The translations under genes were made by a program, and so were the position numbers. Under the pieces are notes generated by a model. It was not told the origin of the DNA, made no database searches, and worked only from the letters and a program-made list of their open reading frames with translations. A DNA stretch of 15,634 nt from a virus (lineage: Duplodnaviria > Heunggongvirae > Uroviricota > Caudoviricetes): IMG/VR virus record IMGVR_UViG_2713896900_000009, one strand, 5' to 3'. Below are positions 6,924-13,688 of the stretch, piece after piece (the stretch's first letter is position 1; every line of letters begins with the position of its first letter).

Positions 6924-7246
6924 ACTTTCAGGCCCCTCTCATGTAACCAGTGGGCTGCACGCAGCCTGGCGTTTTCCTCACCGGCAAGCAGTGCGCGGAT
7001 AATCCCGACCGCCTCGCTGTCGTCGTCCTTCACCGCGGTATGAAGCGTTATCCCCCGGGCCACGCCACGCTTTATCGTGATGACGCCTTTTTTCTCCAGT
7101 GCACGAAGATGCTCTACCGCTGCATTCACTGAACGGTATCCCAGCATGGTTGCCACCTCCTGATTGGTTGGCGGAAAGCCACGCTCTTTCTGGTAAGAAA
7201 TCAGCATATCCAGCACCTGCTGCTGGCATTGAGTTAACGTCGTCAT
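6920..7246 (-). CDS. LexA N-terminal DNA-binding-domain-like protein lacking the S24 autoprotease domain
   Basis: 108 aa. The N-terminus aligns by eye with the LexA DNA-binding domain (LT..QQ.V.D.I.....G.PPT..E.A..LG.RS.NAA.EHL.AL..KGVI.I..G..RGI.L). No Ala-Gly cleavage site or Ser/Lys peptidase domain follows. Start overlaps the stop of the upstream methyltransferase gene by 4 nt. Confidence 0.5.
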   Translation of the reverse strand: MTTLTQCQQQVLDMLISYQKERGFPPTNQEVATMLGYRSVNAAVEHLRALEKKGVITIKRGVARGITLHTAVKDDDSEAVGIIRALLAGEENARLRAAHWLHERGLKV

Positions 7247-7896
7247 GCCGCCATCTCCCTGACCAGTTTTTCCGCCTGCTGGCGAACCTGCGCCAGAAAG
7301 GCCTCACCACATGCCTCAAGTTCATCGCGCCCGATGTAGCTGATTGTCGGTCCCTTCCAGGTCTTGTCGAAAACAGCAATAGCACCAGCGAAGAACGCTC
7401 CTGTCGGCACCTGCTTCTCGTCCTTCGGGATAAACCAGGCAGGCAGTTCAAAACCAATACGCCCGCGAATAAAAGCAATATGGTCCGCATCTTCCGGCCA
7501 CCACACTTCGCTGGTGGCAGCTTTGATCAGGAAAACATAGCGCCCGCCCTTATCACGCATGGCACTGGCATGTTTCATGATGTAACGCATGCCGGTGATG
7601 TATTGCCCCTCATGCTGACTGGCGCGGCTGTATGGAGGATTTCCAAAGGCAGCACCTTTAAGCTCCGCAAGACGTTCTGACCAGTCATGCGCCAGCGCGT
7701 TGTCTTCCGCCGTGTAATACGCGGCGCATTTGGCGTTATCACCGTCAGTAAACAGATCCAGAACAAACGGGCCAAACAGGGTGTTAATTCCCCAGAAAAT
7801 GTTGTCCGGTGTGCGCCACTGATCGCCCACTTCCTTCAGTTCATGGGCTGGTTTGTTTCGCAACTCCACCAGCGCCTGGCAATATTTATTACTCAT
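7243..7896 (-). CDS. Phage Dam-like DNA N6-adenine methyltransferase (start at internal Met; track ORF extends to 7929)
   Basis: Catalytic NPPY motif (AAFGNPPYS) and overall resemblance to the small phage N6-adenine methyltransferase family of lambdoid nin regions. The ATG at 7894-7896 overlaps the upstream gene's stop in a TAATG arrangement. Confidence 0.7.
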   Translation of the reverse strand: MSNKYCQALVELRNKPAHELKEVGDQWRTPDNIFWGINTLFGPFVLDLFTDGDNAKCAAYYTAEDNALAHDWSERLAELKGAAFGNPPYSRASQHEGQYITGMRYIMKHASAMRDKGGRYVFLIKAATSEVWWPEDADHIAFIRGRIGFELPAWFIPKDEKQVPTGAFFAGAIAVFDKTWKGPTISYIGRDELEACGEAFLAQVRQQAEKLVREMAA

Positions 7897-8390
7897 TAAG
7901 CCCCCACGTAATTCCCTGACAGATACCACTCATCACCCGATACAGCGCGCTTGCTGCTTTTCCGTAAGCACCGCTCACGACGTGCCAGAAAATTGTTTCG
8001 TTCTGGCTGGGAGTGGCTTTCACGGAATGCCGCCATCCACACCGTTGCAGCACGACGGTATAAGCCCCTTGACTCCAGTTCTTCAGCCTGGCGGGTCAGG
8101 CACAAAATCACCCGGGGATCGTTAGTGCCGACATAGAAATTGCGCACAGGTCTGGTTTCACGAACTGGTTGTGGTTCCGGCTCCTGCGCTCTCTCAGTCA
8201 GGCGCGGGAAATGTCTGCGTGTATCTCCTTCACAACGGTGAGCCACACGCCCACTCTGACGTAACTTGCTTGCTGACTGCAGAACGCGCTGCCGTGAGTA
8301 ACCTGCAAAAGCATCCGCAATGTCTCCGGAAGTACACCCCGGATGGGCTTCAATGAATTTCTGAACTTCATTCAAAAGACTCATAATCAC
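7896..8390 (-). CDS. PerC-like putative transcriptional regulator with an N-terminal winged-helix-like region
   Basis: 164 aa. The C-terminal segment TRQAEELESRGLYRRAATVWMAAF resembles the PerC/Pch family core (..LE..GLWRRAA..W..). The start overlaps the replication gene's stop. Assignment is from memory and weak. Confidence 0.4.
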   Translation of the reverse strand: MIMSLLNEVQKFIEAHPGCTSGDIADAFAGYSRQRVLQSASKLRQSGRVAHRCEGDTRRHFPRLTERAQEPEPQPVRETRPVRNFYVGTNDPRVILCLTRQAEELESRGLYRRAATVWMAAFRESHSQPERNNFLARRERCLRKSSKRAVSGDEWYLSGNYVGA

Positions 8391-9328
8391 CCCCTGAATC
8401 CTGCCGGGATCTGGCTGTAGTCCACATTGTCGTAACTGGCTTTGAAGTACGGGTCTTCACGTTTTTCTGTGTGCGTGCTGACGGACGGCGATAAGCGCAG
8501 GGAAAGCTCATCCCATTTTTCCCGCAACTTCGACGGGCTGAGCACGTTACGGCACCAGAACGGATCGCGGCTGACGCGGCTGTACATCTCGCAGATTTGT
8601 TTGTGAGTACGACCATCCTGCACACACATCAGGCGAATTTCGTTTGCCCAGGCTGTCCAGTTAGGTTCTTTGGGACGAACCACCTCGCCGTCACATTCGG
8701 CGGCCTGCTCGTACAGGGCGATGATTTTTTTCCAGAGCCACTGTGCGCAGGTCAAATCATCCTGCGTTCCCCACTGGCGCTTTTTAGGGCTGAATACAAC
8801 CGCATCAGGATGGCGAGTTAAAAAATCCTGTTCATCCATCTGCGTGTCCGGTTGCGAAGCGTCCGGACGAGAAGGTTTTTTATCTGATGGATCATGTTTT
8901 GATTTTACTGACGGATCCCCGCCAGATTCTGACGGGTGAAAACCCGCTTTTTTGCCAGATTTCGACGCATCAAATTTTGACGGGTCAGATTTTGATGCGT
9001 CAGATTTTGACGGGTCAGAATCTGACAGTTGAGAAAATGCCGCTGCCTGAAGCTTCGCAACGTTAAGCTGATAAACATTCGACGCATTGCGGTTACCCTG
9101 GCGACGCGCCTTACGCGTTAACCAGCCTTCTGCTTCCAGCCGTGCGATAGCCGTTCTGACGGTACTCATCCCCGCGCCAATCTGGCGGGCAATGGTTTCA
9201 ATTGATGGCCAGCACACACCTTCGTCATTACTGAAATCAGCCAGGCGGGCCATAATTGCCACGCTGGATAATTTCATGCCTGACGCTGCGCAACCATCCC
9301 ATACATAGCCGGTTAATTTAGTGCTCAT
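8387..9328 (-). CDS. Phage replication initiation protein (O-like: N-terminal helix-turn-helix DNA-binding domain, repeat-encoded linker, C-terminal domain)
   Basis: 313 aa. N-terminal winged-helix region (WPSIETIARQIGAGMSTVRTAIARLEAEGWL). The central low-complexity linker SDPSKSDASKSDPSKFDASKS is encoded by tandem 15-bp DNA repeats. The gene sits in the O position downstream of the cro and CII-like genes. Confidence 0.6.
   Translation of the reverse strand: MSTKLTGYVWDGCAASGMKLSSVAIMARLADFSNDEGVCWPSIETIARQIGAGMSTVRTAIARLEAEGWLTRKARRQGNRNASNVYQLNVAKLQAAAFSQLSDSDPSKSDASKSDPSKFDASKSGKKAGFHPSESGGDPSVKSKHDPSDKKPSRPDASQPDTQMDEQDFLTRHPDAVVFSPKKRQWGTQDDLTCAQWLWKKIIALYEQAAECDGEVVRPKEPNWTAWANEIRLMCVQDGRTHKQICEMYSRVSRDPFWCRNVLSPSKLREKWDELSLRLSPSVSTHTEKREDPYFKASYDNVDYSQIPAGFRG
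8900..9030. repeat. Tandem iteron-like repeats of about 15 bp (TCAGATTTTGACGGG and variants, at least 6-7 copies) inside the initiator gene; candidate phage origin of replication
   Basis: Seen directly: tgattttactgacgg, cagattctgacggg, cagatttcgacgcat, caaattttgacgggt, cagattttgatgcgt, cagattttgacgggt, cagaatctgacagtt. The arrangement (iterons within the initiator gene's linker-coding region) parallels ori-lambda inside gene O. Confidence 0.5.
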
Positions 9329-9337
9329 GACCGACCT

Positions 9338-9676
9338 CTATTTCCCTGAATTTACGACGAAACTGTTCGAGCGGACTGAAGCATTCATGCTCATAGCCTT
9401 CGCGGAGGTAGATAACCCGTTGTGTTTCCGGTTCCCAACGAATGACTCTGACGGGCACTCCGTAGTGATCTTTGAACCAGCGGTTAACTTGTCGCAAAGG
9501 ACTGTCTCCTTCTGCCGGTTGAAATCACCCACAGCCCACTCTGCAAAGCTGTGGGTTACAATTTCCCTGTCACCTGGTACATTCACTGCATAGCAATATT
9601 CCACCTTCGCTTTTCCACCCGGAACAGGAAGCGCAATCAGTTGCGAGCGACGGTAGTGTGTTGTTAAACTGTTCAT
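9338..9676 (-). CDS. Hypothetical protein (112 aa) between the CII-like and replication genes
   Basis: Its ATG overlaps the upstream gene's TGA (ATGA coupling at 9673-9676) and it is on the same strand as the flanking genes. Preferred over the antisense ORF 9321..9593 for these reasons. No family recognised. Confidence 0.45.
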   Translation of the reverse strand: MNSLTTHYRRSQLIALPVPGGKAKVEYCYAVNVPGDREIVTHSFAEWAVGDFNRQKETVLCDKLTAGSKITTECPSESFVGNRKHNGLSTSAKAMSMNASVRSNSFVVNSGK

Positions 9677-10242
9677 GCGTTAGTTTCTCCACAACCAGAA
9701 GCAATCGACGCCACGACGCCCGGAGCTGCACACTCGCGGGCGTCATTACTTTCTGAAATGCAAAAAATTTTGTAGACAAGTGCTGCATGCTCCTGCAGCT
9801 TCGAAATTGAGAGATACAGCTCGTCGTTAATTGCTGTCTTCTCATGCGGTTCCACTACACCGTCTTCGATTGCTGAACGAATCTGTTTTGAATAACTGCC
9901 GATCTGTTCAATGACTTCCAGCAGACGCTGGTTAATATCGGCGTTGTCCACATCCTCGACGTCAGGAAGAGACACAAAGACGCCATTTGCAGACTGCGCC
10001 ACAGCATCAGCAATGAAGTGAGTGCCACCAGCACGCTGTAAAACCATTGCCCATCCCAGCGGGAAAATCTGATCGCCATCTGCACGAAGGCGGTTGAATA
10101 AAGCGTTTTCTGTTACATCGAGCCAGTCAGCCGCTTCAGCGTAACCACCCGGCAACGCCGCGATAGTTTTTCTGACAGCTTTCACGTACCACTCAGGCTG
10201 TTTTTCTATTTTCCAGTGATGCTTACCCACGATTAGCCTCAT
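9673..10242 (-). CDS. CII-like / YdaT-like early regulatory protein (putative)
   Basis: 189-aa ORF immediately downstream of the Cro/YdaS-like gene in the position occupied by cII or ydaT in lambdoid and Rac-type immunity regions. Call is based mainly on position and size; sequence recognition is weak. Confidence 0.4.
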   Translation of the reverse strand: MRLIVGKHHWKIEKQPEWYVKAVRKTIAALPGGYAEAADWLDVTENALFNRLRADGDQIFPLGWAMVLQRAGGTHFIADAVAQSANGVFVSLPDVEDVDNADINQRLLEVIEQIGSYSKQIRSAIEDGVVEPHEKTAINDELYLSISKLQEHAALVYKIFCISESNDARECAAPGVVASIASGCGETNA

Positions 10243-10273
10243 CGTTCTGTGGTTAAAAATTGAAAGTGTTCTG

Positions 10274-10474
10274 CTAATCTTTCGGATAGATATCCGGTCT
10301 TAAGTCAGATTTCGTAATTGCACCTGACGTGCATTGCTCAAGTTTTTTAGCCAGCACAAAACTGGCTTTTTTATAGCCATTGAAAACCAGCCGTAAGTAG
10401 CCAGGTGTTGAGCCAACTTTTCCGGCCAACTCGCCCTGCTGTTCTTTGGTTAAAGAGTCCCAATACGCTTTCAT
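10274..10474 (-). CDS. cro: Cro-like repressor, YdaS-type helix-turn-helix (start at internal Met; track ORF extends to 10729)
   Basis: 66-aa translation MKAYWDSLTKEQQGELAGKVGSTPGYLRLVFNG...AKKLEQCTSGAITKSDLRPDIYPKD is helix-turn-helix-like with a C-terminal LRPD motif as in YdaS/Cro-like proteins. GGAGGT lies 9 nt upstream of the ATG at 10472-10474. It is divergent from the CI repressor gene across an operator-bearing 90-bp region. Confidence 0.65.
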   Translation of the reverse strand: MKAYWDSLTKEQQGELAGKVGSTPGYLRLVFNGYKKASFVLAKKLEQCTSGAITKSDLRPDIYPKD

Positions 10475-10480
10475 ACAATA

Positions 10481-10497
10481 TGTACCTCCGGTGTACA
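10481..10497. promoter_or_regulatory. Operator-like inverted repeat TGTAC-N7-GTACA (site 1) in the cI/cro intergenic region
   Basis: Seen directly: tgtacctccggtgtaca, flanked by further symmetry (atatgtac...gtacatat). It sits next to the cro start, with the cro ribosome-binding site in its spacer. Confidence 0.45.
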
Positions 10498-10530
10498 TAT
10501 TACATGATTGAAATGAACCTTCAAGATACT

Positions 10531-10547
10531 TGTACCTTAACGGTACA
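10531..10547. promoter_or_regulatory. Operator-like inverted repeat TGTAC-N7-GTACA (site 2) in the cI/cro intergenic region, overlapping a possible promoter for leaderless cI
   Basis: Seen directly: cttgtaccttaacggtacaag, with perfect 8-bp arms. It lies just upstream of a possible -10 (TTTAAT at 10553-10558) placed about 7 nt before the cI ATG at 10565, which has no Shine-Dalgarno. Confidence 0.45.
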
Positions 10548-10564
10548 AGGGTTTTAATTTCGTT

Positions 10565-11239
10565 ATGAAAACAATCCATGACATCCGGCGGTCTAACGCC
10601 AGAAAACTGAGAGATGGTGTTGGCGGGAATTCTTCCTTTGCCACTATGATTGATCGCGAGCCAACCCAGACCAGCAGGTTTATGGGAGATGGTGCTACTA
10701 AAAATATCGGTGACAGCATGGCACGACACATCGAAAAATGTTTCGACCTACCTGTCGGATGGCTCGATCAAGAACACCAGACAACGAACATCACAAAAAA
10801 ACCTGATGTTTCAATCACTAATAAACAAATCACATTAGTCCCTGTCATATCATGGGTACAGGCCGGAGCATGGAAAGAAGTTGGATATTCTGAGGTTGAT
10901 TTGAGCACAGCAGAAACGTATCCCTGCCCTGTACCCTGTGGGGAAATGACTTATATCTTGCGGGTGATAGGTGATTCAATGATTGATGAGTACCGCCCGG
11001 GAGACATGATTTTTGTCGATCCTGAAGTACCTGCCTGCCACGGTGACGACGTTATTGCATTGATGCACGATACAGGTGAAACCACCTTCAAAAGGTTAAT
11101 AGAAGATGGGACACAGCGTTATCTCAAAGCGTTAAACCCAAACTGGCCTGAGCCTTACATTAAGATCAACGGTAATTGCTCTATAATTGGTACAGTGATT
11201 TTCTCAGGAAAACCAAGAAGATACAAAATCAAAGCCTAA
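10565..11239 (+). CDS. cI: CI-type prophage repressor with C-terminal S24 (LexA-like) autopeptidase domain
   Basis: 224 aa. N-terminal helix-turn-helix-like region. Probable Ala-Gly autocleavage site (VQAGAW), catalytic Ser in the GDSM motif (RVIGDSMIDEYRPGDMIFVDPE) and downstream Lys (TTFKRL). Divergent from cro. Confidence 0.85.
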   Translation: MKTIHDIRRSNARKLRDGVGGNSSFATMIDREPTQTSRFMGDGATKNIGDSMARHIEKCFDLPVGWLDQEHQTTNITKKPDVSITNKQITLVPVISWVQAGAWKEVGYSEVDLSTAETYPCPVPCGEMTYILRVIGDSMIDEYRPGDMIFVDPEVPACHGDDVIALMHDTGETTFKRLIEDGTQRYLKALNPNWPEPYIKINGNCSIIGTVIFSGKPRRYKIKA

Positions 11240-11250
11240 TCAATGTTTAT

Positions 11251-11275
11251 GAACCTGCTTCGGCAGGTTTTTTTA
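11251..11275 (+). terminator. Intrinsic terminator immediately after cI
   Basis: Hairpin gaaCCTGC-ttcg-GCAGGtt followed by a run of seven T (11268-11274), 12 nt after the cI stop. Confidence 0.7.
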
Positions 11276-11278
11276 TAC

Positions 11279-11306
11279 TTGACAATGTACCTTTGAGATA
11301 CATAAT
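11279..11306 (+). promoter_or_regulatory. Strong sigma70-like promoter (TTGACA, 16 nt, CATAAT) with an embedded operator-like TGTAC-N7-aTACA site; candidate PL/OL for the early-left operon
   Basis: Seen directly: -35 TTGACA at 11279-11284 and -10 CATAAT at 11301-11306. The spacer contains ATGTACctttgagATACAT (11285-11303), which matches the operator motif of the cI/cro region, and a second ATGTACC follows at 11304-11310. Confidence 0.5.
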
Positions 11307-11432
11307 GTACCCAAGAGAAACAACGAACAGGCAGGACGCCCACGAAGTAGCCGCCTGGGGCATATGAAGTCCAGGATGATTCGTTGAGTCATGTTGTGCC
11401 ACTAGGCACTCATGTTAAAGCAGGTGTATGAA

Positions 11433-11708
11433 ATGAAAGTCCAGATTTTAAACAATAACTGTGAAGTCGTTTGGTCATACGACATAGCCGCCCCTGTAGA
11501 TCAGAGCGGCGATAGCTGGACCAATGGGAAACATCAGATTATGGCTGGAGTTGTGTTCTCTTTACGCCGTGCTTTGGAACAGGCTGAAGTATTTCCATCA
11601 GACCCTGAATGGAAATGGCCTTTTTCTATTTGTCCAAATTCGGAGAGCACATTTCAGAAAATTGGTCAGAAAGTCGCACTCGAAGAGCATCAGCCAACTG
11701 TTTCCTGA
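11433..11708 (+). CDS. Hypothetical small acidic protein (91 aa from the Met with a ribosome-binding site; track ORF starts at 11412), first ORF after the PL-like promoter
   Basis: AGGTG lies 6 nt upstream of the ATG at 11433. No arginine-rich motif, so it does not look like an N antiterminator. No family recognised. Its 3' end overlaps a convergent ORF. Confidence 0.35.
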   Translation: MKVQILNNNCEVVWSYDIAAPVDQSGDSWTNGKHQIMAGVVFSLRRALEQAEVFPSDPEWKWPFSICPNSESTFQKIGQKVALEEHQPTVS

Positions 11709-11871
11709 TTTTTTCAGGTAACTCGTCGGCATCGCAGAAACAACAACGCTCGATCATGTTGAAAGCCGATTCGTAGAACTGTTTCTGCTGAGTGTCGCTG
11801 AGACAGGAAAAGAGCGACGTTACGATGATTTTATTAATTGCATTATCAAGTTCTTTTTCATCAAAAGTCAT
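11626..11871 (-). CDS. Hypothetical small protein (81 aa) antisense to the early-left direction, convergent with and overlapping 11433..11708
   Basis: Good ribosome-binding site (AAGGAAA about 7 nt upstream of the ATG at 11869-11871). Acidic, with a CCFC motif. No family recognised. Not certain that both overlapping ORFs are real. Confidence 0.35.
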   Translation of the reverse strand: MTFDEKELDNAINKIIVTSLFSCLSDTQQKQFYESAFNMIERCCFCDADELPEKIRKQLADALRVRLSDQFSEMCSPNLDK

Positions 11872-11974
11872 TTGATTTTCCTTTTATGTATACGGGCTTA
11901 AAAGGATACCACCGAGCCTGAAGTGGTGAAAAGACAGGCACATAACAGCTAAGTATTTTCAACCAAAGAGAATC

Positions 11975-12300
11975 CTTAGCGTTGTGGTGAATGCGGCTCA
12001 GCGCACGCGGGTTAAGGTTGAGGCTGACAGTCAACCTTCTGTGGATACCCACCCGTCTGGTGTGCAACCTTCGCCAGGCACCGGGAGGCACCCGGCACCA
12101 CAACTTTATGCTGTGTGTAGTCCTGGCGGTACCAGTTTGTACCCTTGCTTCCGGCTGGTACCGTCCTTTTTACAAAACAGAGAAGAGCATCACCGGACGA
12201 CGGGCTCATAACCCAATCCATCCGGGCGGCTGCCACCGCAGGTGTTCTTCTCTGTTTTGTGGAGAAACTAATCGGCCTTGCAGGGTCGATATGATGAGGA
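11975..12300 (+). other. GC-rich, hairpin-dense, apparently non-coding segment; possible structured RNA or cis-acting antitermination/processing element
   Basis: No convincing protein in any frame; the in-frame 5' extension of the downstream gene is Arg/Cys-rich low-complexity. Contains a perfect 8-bp-stem hairpin AAGGTTGA-ggctgacag-TCAACCTT (12005-12029), a pair of complementary GGTACC-containing segments (12117-12124 and 12149-12156) and near-repeats GGCACCGGGAGG / CACCCGGCACC. Confidence 0.25.
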
Positions 12301-12308
12301 GCAGCAAA

Positions 12309-12671
12309 ATGGCTAGCGAACGCAGTACTGATGTGCAGGCATTTATCGGGGAGCTGGACGGCGGCGTATTTGAAACCAAAATCGGCGCAGTTCTCAGTGA
12401 AGTCGCTTCCGGTGTGATGAACACGAAAACCAAAGGTAAGGTCTCACTCAACCTGGAAATCGAACCATTTGATGAGAACCGTGTGAAAATCAAACACAAA
12501 CTCTCATATGTTCGCCCGACTAACCGCGGGAAAATTTCCGAAGAAGACACCACCGAAACGCCGATGTATGTCAATCGCGGTGGTCGCCTGACTATTCTGC
12601 AGGAAGACCAGGGACAATTACTGACTCTTGCCGGTGAACCTGACGGAAAACTCCGCGCAGCAGGTCATTAA
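12309..12671 (+). CDS. yfdP: YfdP-like hypothetical protein (120 aa from the Met with a ribosome-binding site)
   Basis: GAGGAG lies 8 nt upstream of the ATG at 12309. Same length as, and same position relative to the YfdQ-like gene as, E. coli K-12 CPS-53 yfdP. Identity is from recollection of gene order and size, not verified. Confidence 0.45.
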   Translation: MASERSTDVQAFIGELDGGVFETKIGAVLSEVASGVMNTKTKGKVSLNLEIEPFDENRVKIKHKLSYVRPTNRGKISEEDTTETPMYVNRGGRLTILQEDQGQLLTLAGEPDGKLRAAGH

Positions 12672-12736
12672 TATCGTTCTTAATTAACTGATTATTTATC
12701 TCATCACTGAATATCTTTATATAGTGAGGACTTATT

Positions 12737-13561
12737 ATGTCTCAGAACTTAGACGCAACCGCAATTAATCAAATCCATGCCCTTATTTCTGCTCAGGGTG
12801 TTAATGAAATTATCAGTAAGATTGGTGCCGATGCTGTGGCATTGCCTGAGAATTTCCACATTCATGATCTGGAAAAATTTAATTTAAATCGCTTCCGTTT
12901 CCGTGGTGCGCTTTCCACTGCCAGCATCGATGACTTTACCCGTTATTCTAAAGATCTTGCAGATGAAGGCACCCGCTGCTTTATCGATGCTGATAATATG
13001 CGTGCCGTCAGTGTGCTTAACCTAGGTACTATTGATGAACCAGGTCACGCAGATAACACCGCCACTCTCAAACTGAAAAAGACAGCACCGTTCTCTGCTC
13101 TGTTGTCTGTTAATGGCGAGCGTAACTCCCAGAAATCACTGGCAGAATGGATTGAAGACTGGGCCGACTACCTTGTGGGCTTTGATGCTAATGGTGACGC
13201 CATTCAGGCAACCAAAGCGGCTGCGGCGATCCGTAAAATCACAATTGAAGCGAACCAGACCGCTGATTTTGAAGATAATGACTTCAGCGGCAAACGCTCC
13301 CTGATGGAGTCTGTCGAAGCGAAGACCAAAGACATTATGCCAGTGGCATTTGAATTTAAATGCGTTCCATTTGAAGGTCTGAAAGAACGTCCGTTTAAAT
13401 TACGCCTCAGCATTATCACTGGCGATCGTCCTGTACTGGTTCTGCGCATTATTCAGCTGGAAGCGGTGCAGGAAGAAATGGCTAACGAATTTCGTGATCT
13501 GCTTGTTGAGAAATACAAAGACAGCAAAGTAGAAACCTTTATTGGTACTTTCACCGCCTGA
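12737..13561 (+). CDS. yfdQ: YfdQ-like protein (DUF2303 family)
   Basis: 274-aa ORF with clean coding character, same size as E. coli CPS-53 YfdQ and followed by a YfdR-like HD-domain gene. Assignment is from memory. Confidence 0.55.
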   Translation: MSQNLDATAINQIHALISAQGVNEIISKIGADAVALPENFHIHDLEKFNLNRFRFRGALSTASIDDFTRYSKDLADEGTRCFIDADNMRAVSVLNLGTIDEPGHADNTATLKLKKTAPFSALLSVNGERNSQKSLAEWIEDWADYLVGFDANGDAIQATKAAAAIRKITIEANQTADFEDNDFSGKRSLMESVEAKTKDIMPVAFEFKCVPFEGLKERPFKLRLSIITGDRPVLVLRIIQLEAVQEEMANEFRDLLVEKYKDSKVETFIGTFTA

Positions 13562-13688
13562 TTTCATTACTGCAAATGCCCCTGCGGGGGCATTTATGGA
13601 AACGTAATTAACTCAATAATCACCGAATGGTGAGGGCTTCCTTTTACCAGAATTCAGCGCGGTGCAGTGCATATACGTGGAGAACAAA

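Noticed and set aside
7099-7680. 193-aa + strand ORF spanning the LexA-like and Dam-like methyltransferase genes on the opposite strand
   Set aside because: Antisense to two well-supported, translationally coupled genes; the translation does not look like a protein and has no ribosome-binding site.
8900-9030. Tandem repeats considered as a possible CRISPR array
   Set aside because: The units are about 15 bp, directly abutting with no unique spacers, and they lie in-frame inside a coding sequence. Origin iterons are the better explanation.
9321-9593. 90-aa + strand ORF overlapping the 9338..9676 minus-strand ORF
   Set aside because: The minus-strand ORF is on the operon strand and is coupled to the upstream gene by an ATGA overlap; the + strand ORF has neither feature.
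12117-12156. Multiple GGTACC/TGTACC hexamers, considered as extra repressor operators
   Set aside because: The spacing does not fit the TGTAC-N7-GTACA operator pattern seen at the cI/cro region; they are more simply part of the stem-forming complementarity of the GC-rich block.
11991-12308. In-frame 5' extension of the yfdP-like ORF (track ORF starts at 11991)
   Set aside because: The extension translates to Arg/Cys/Pro-rich low-complexity sequence inside a hairpin-dense GC-rich block, whereas the internal ATG at 12309 has a good GAGGAG ribosome-binding site.
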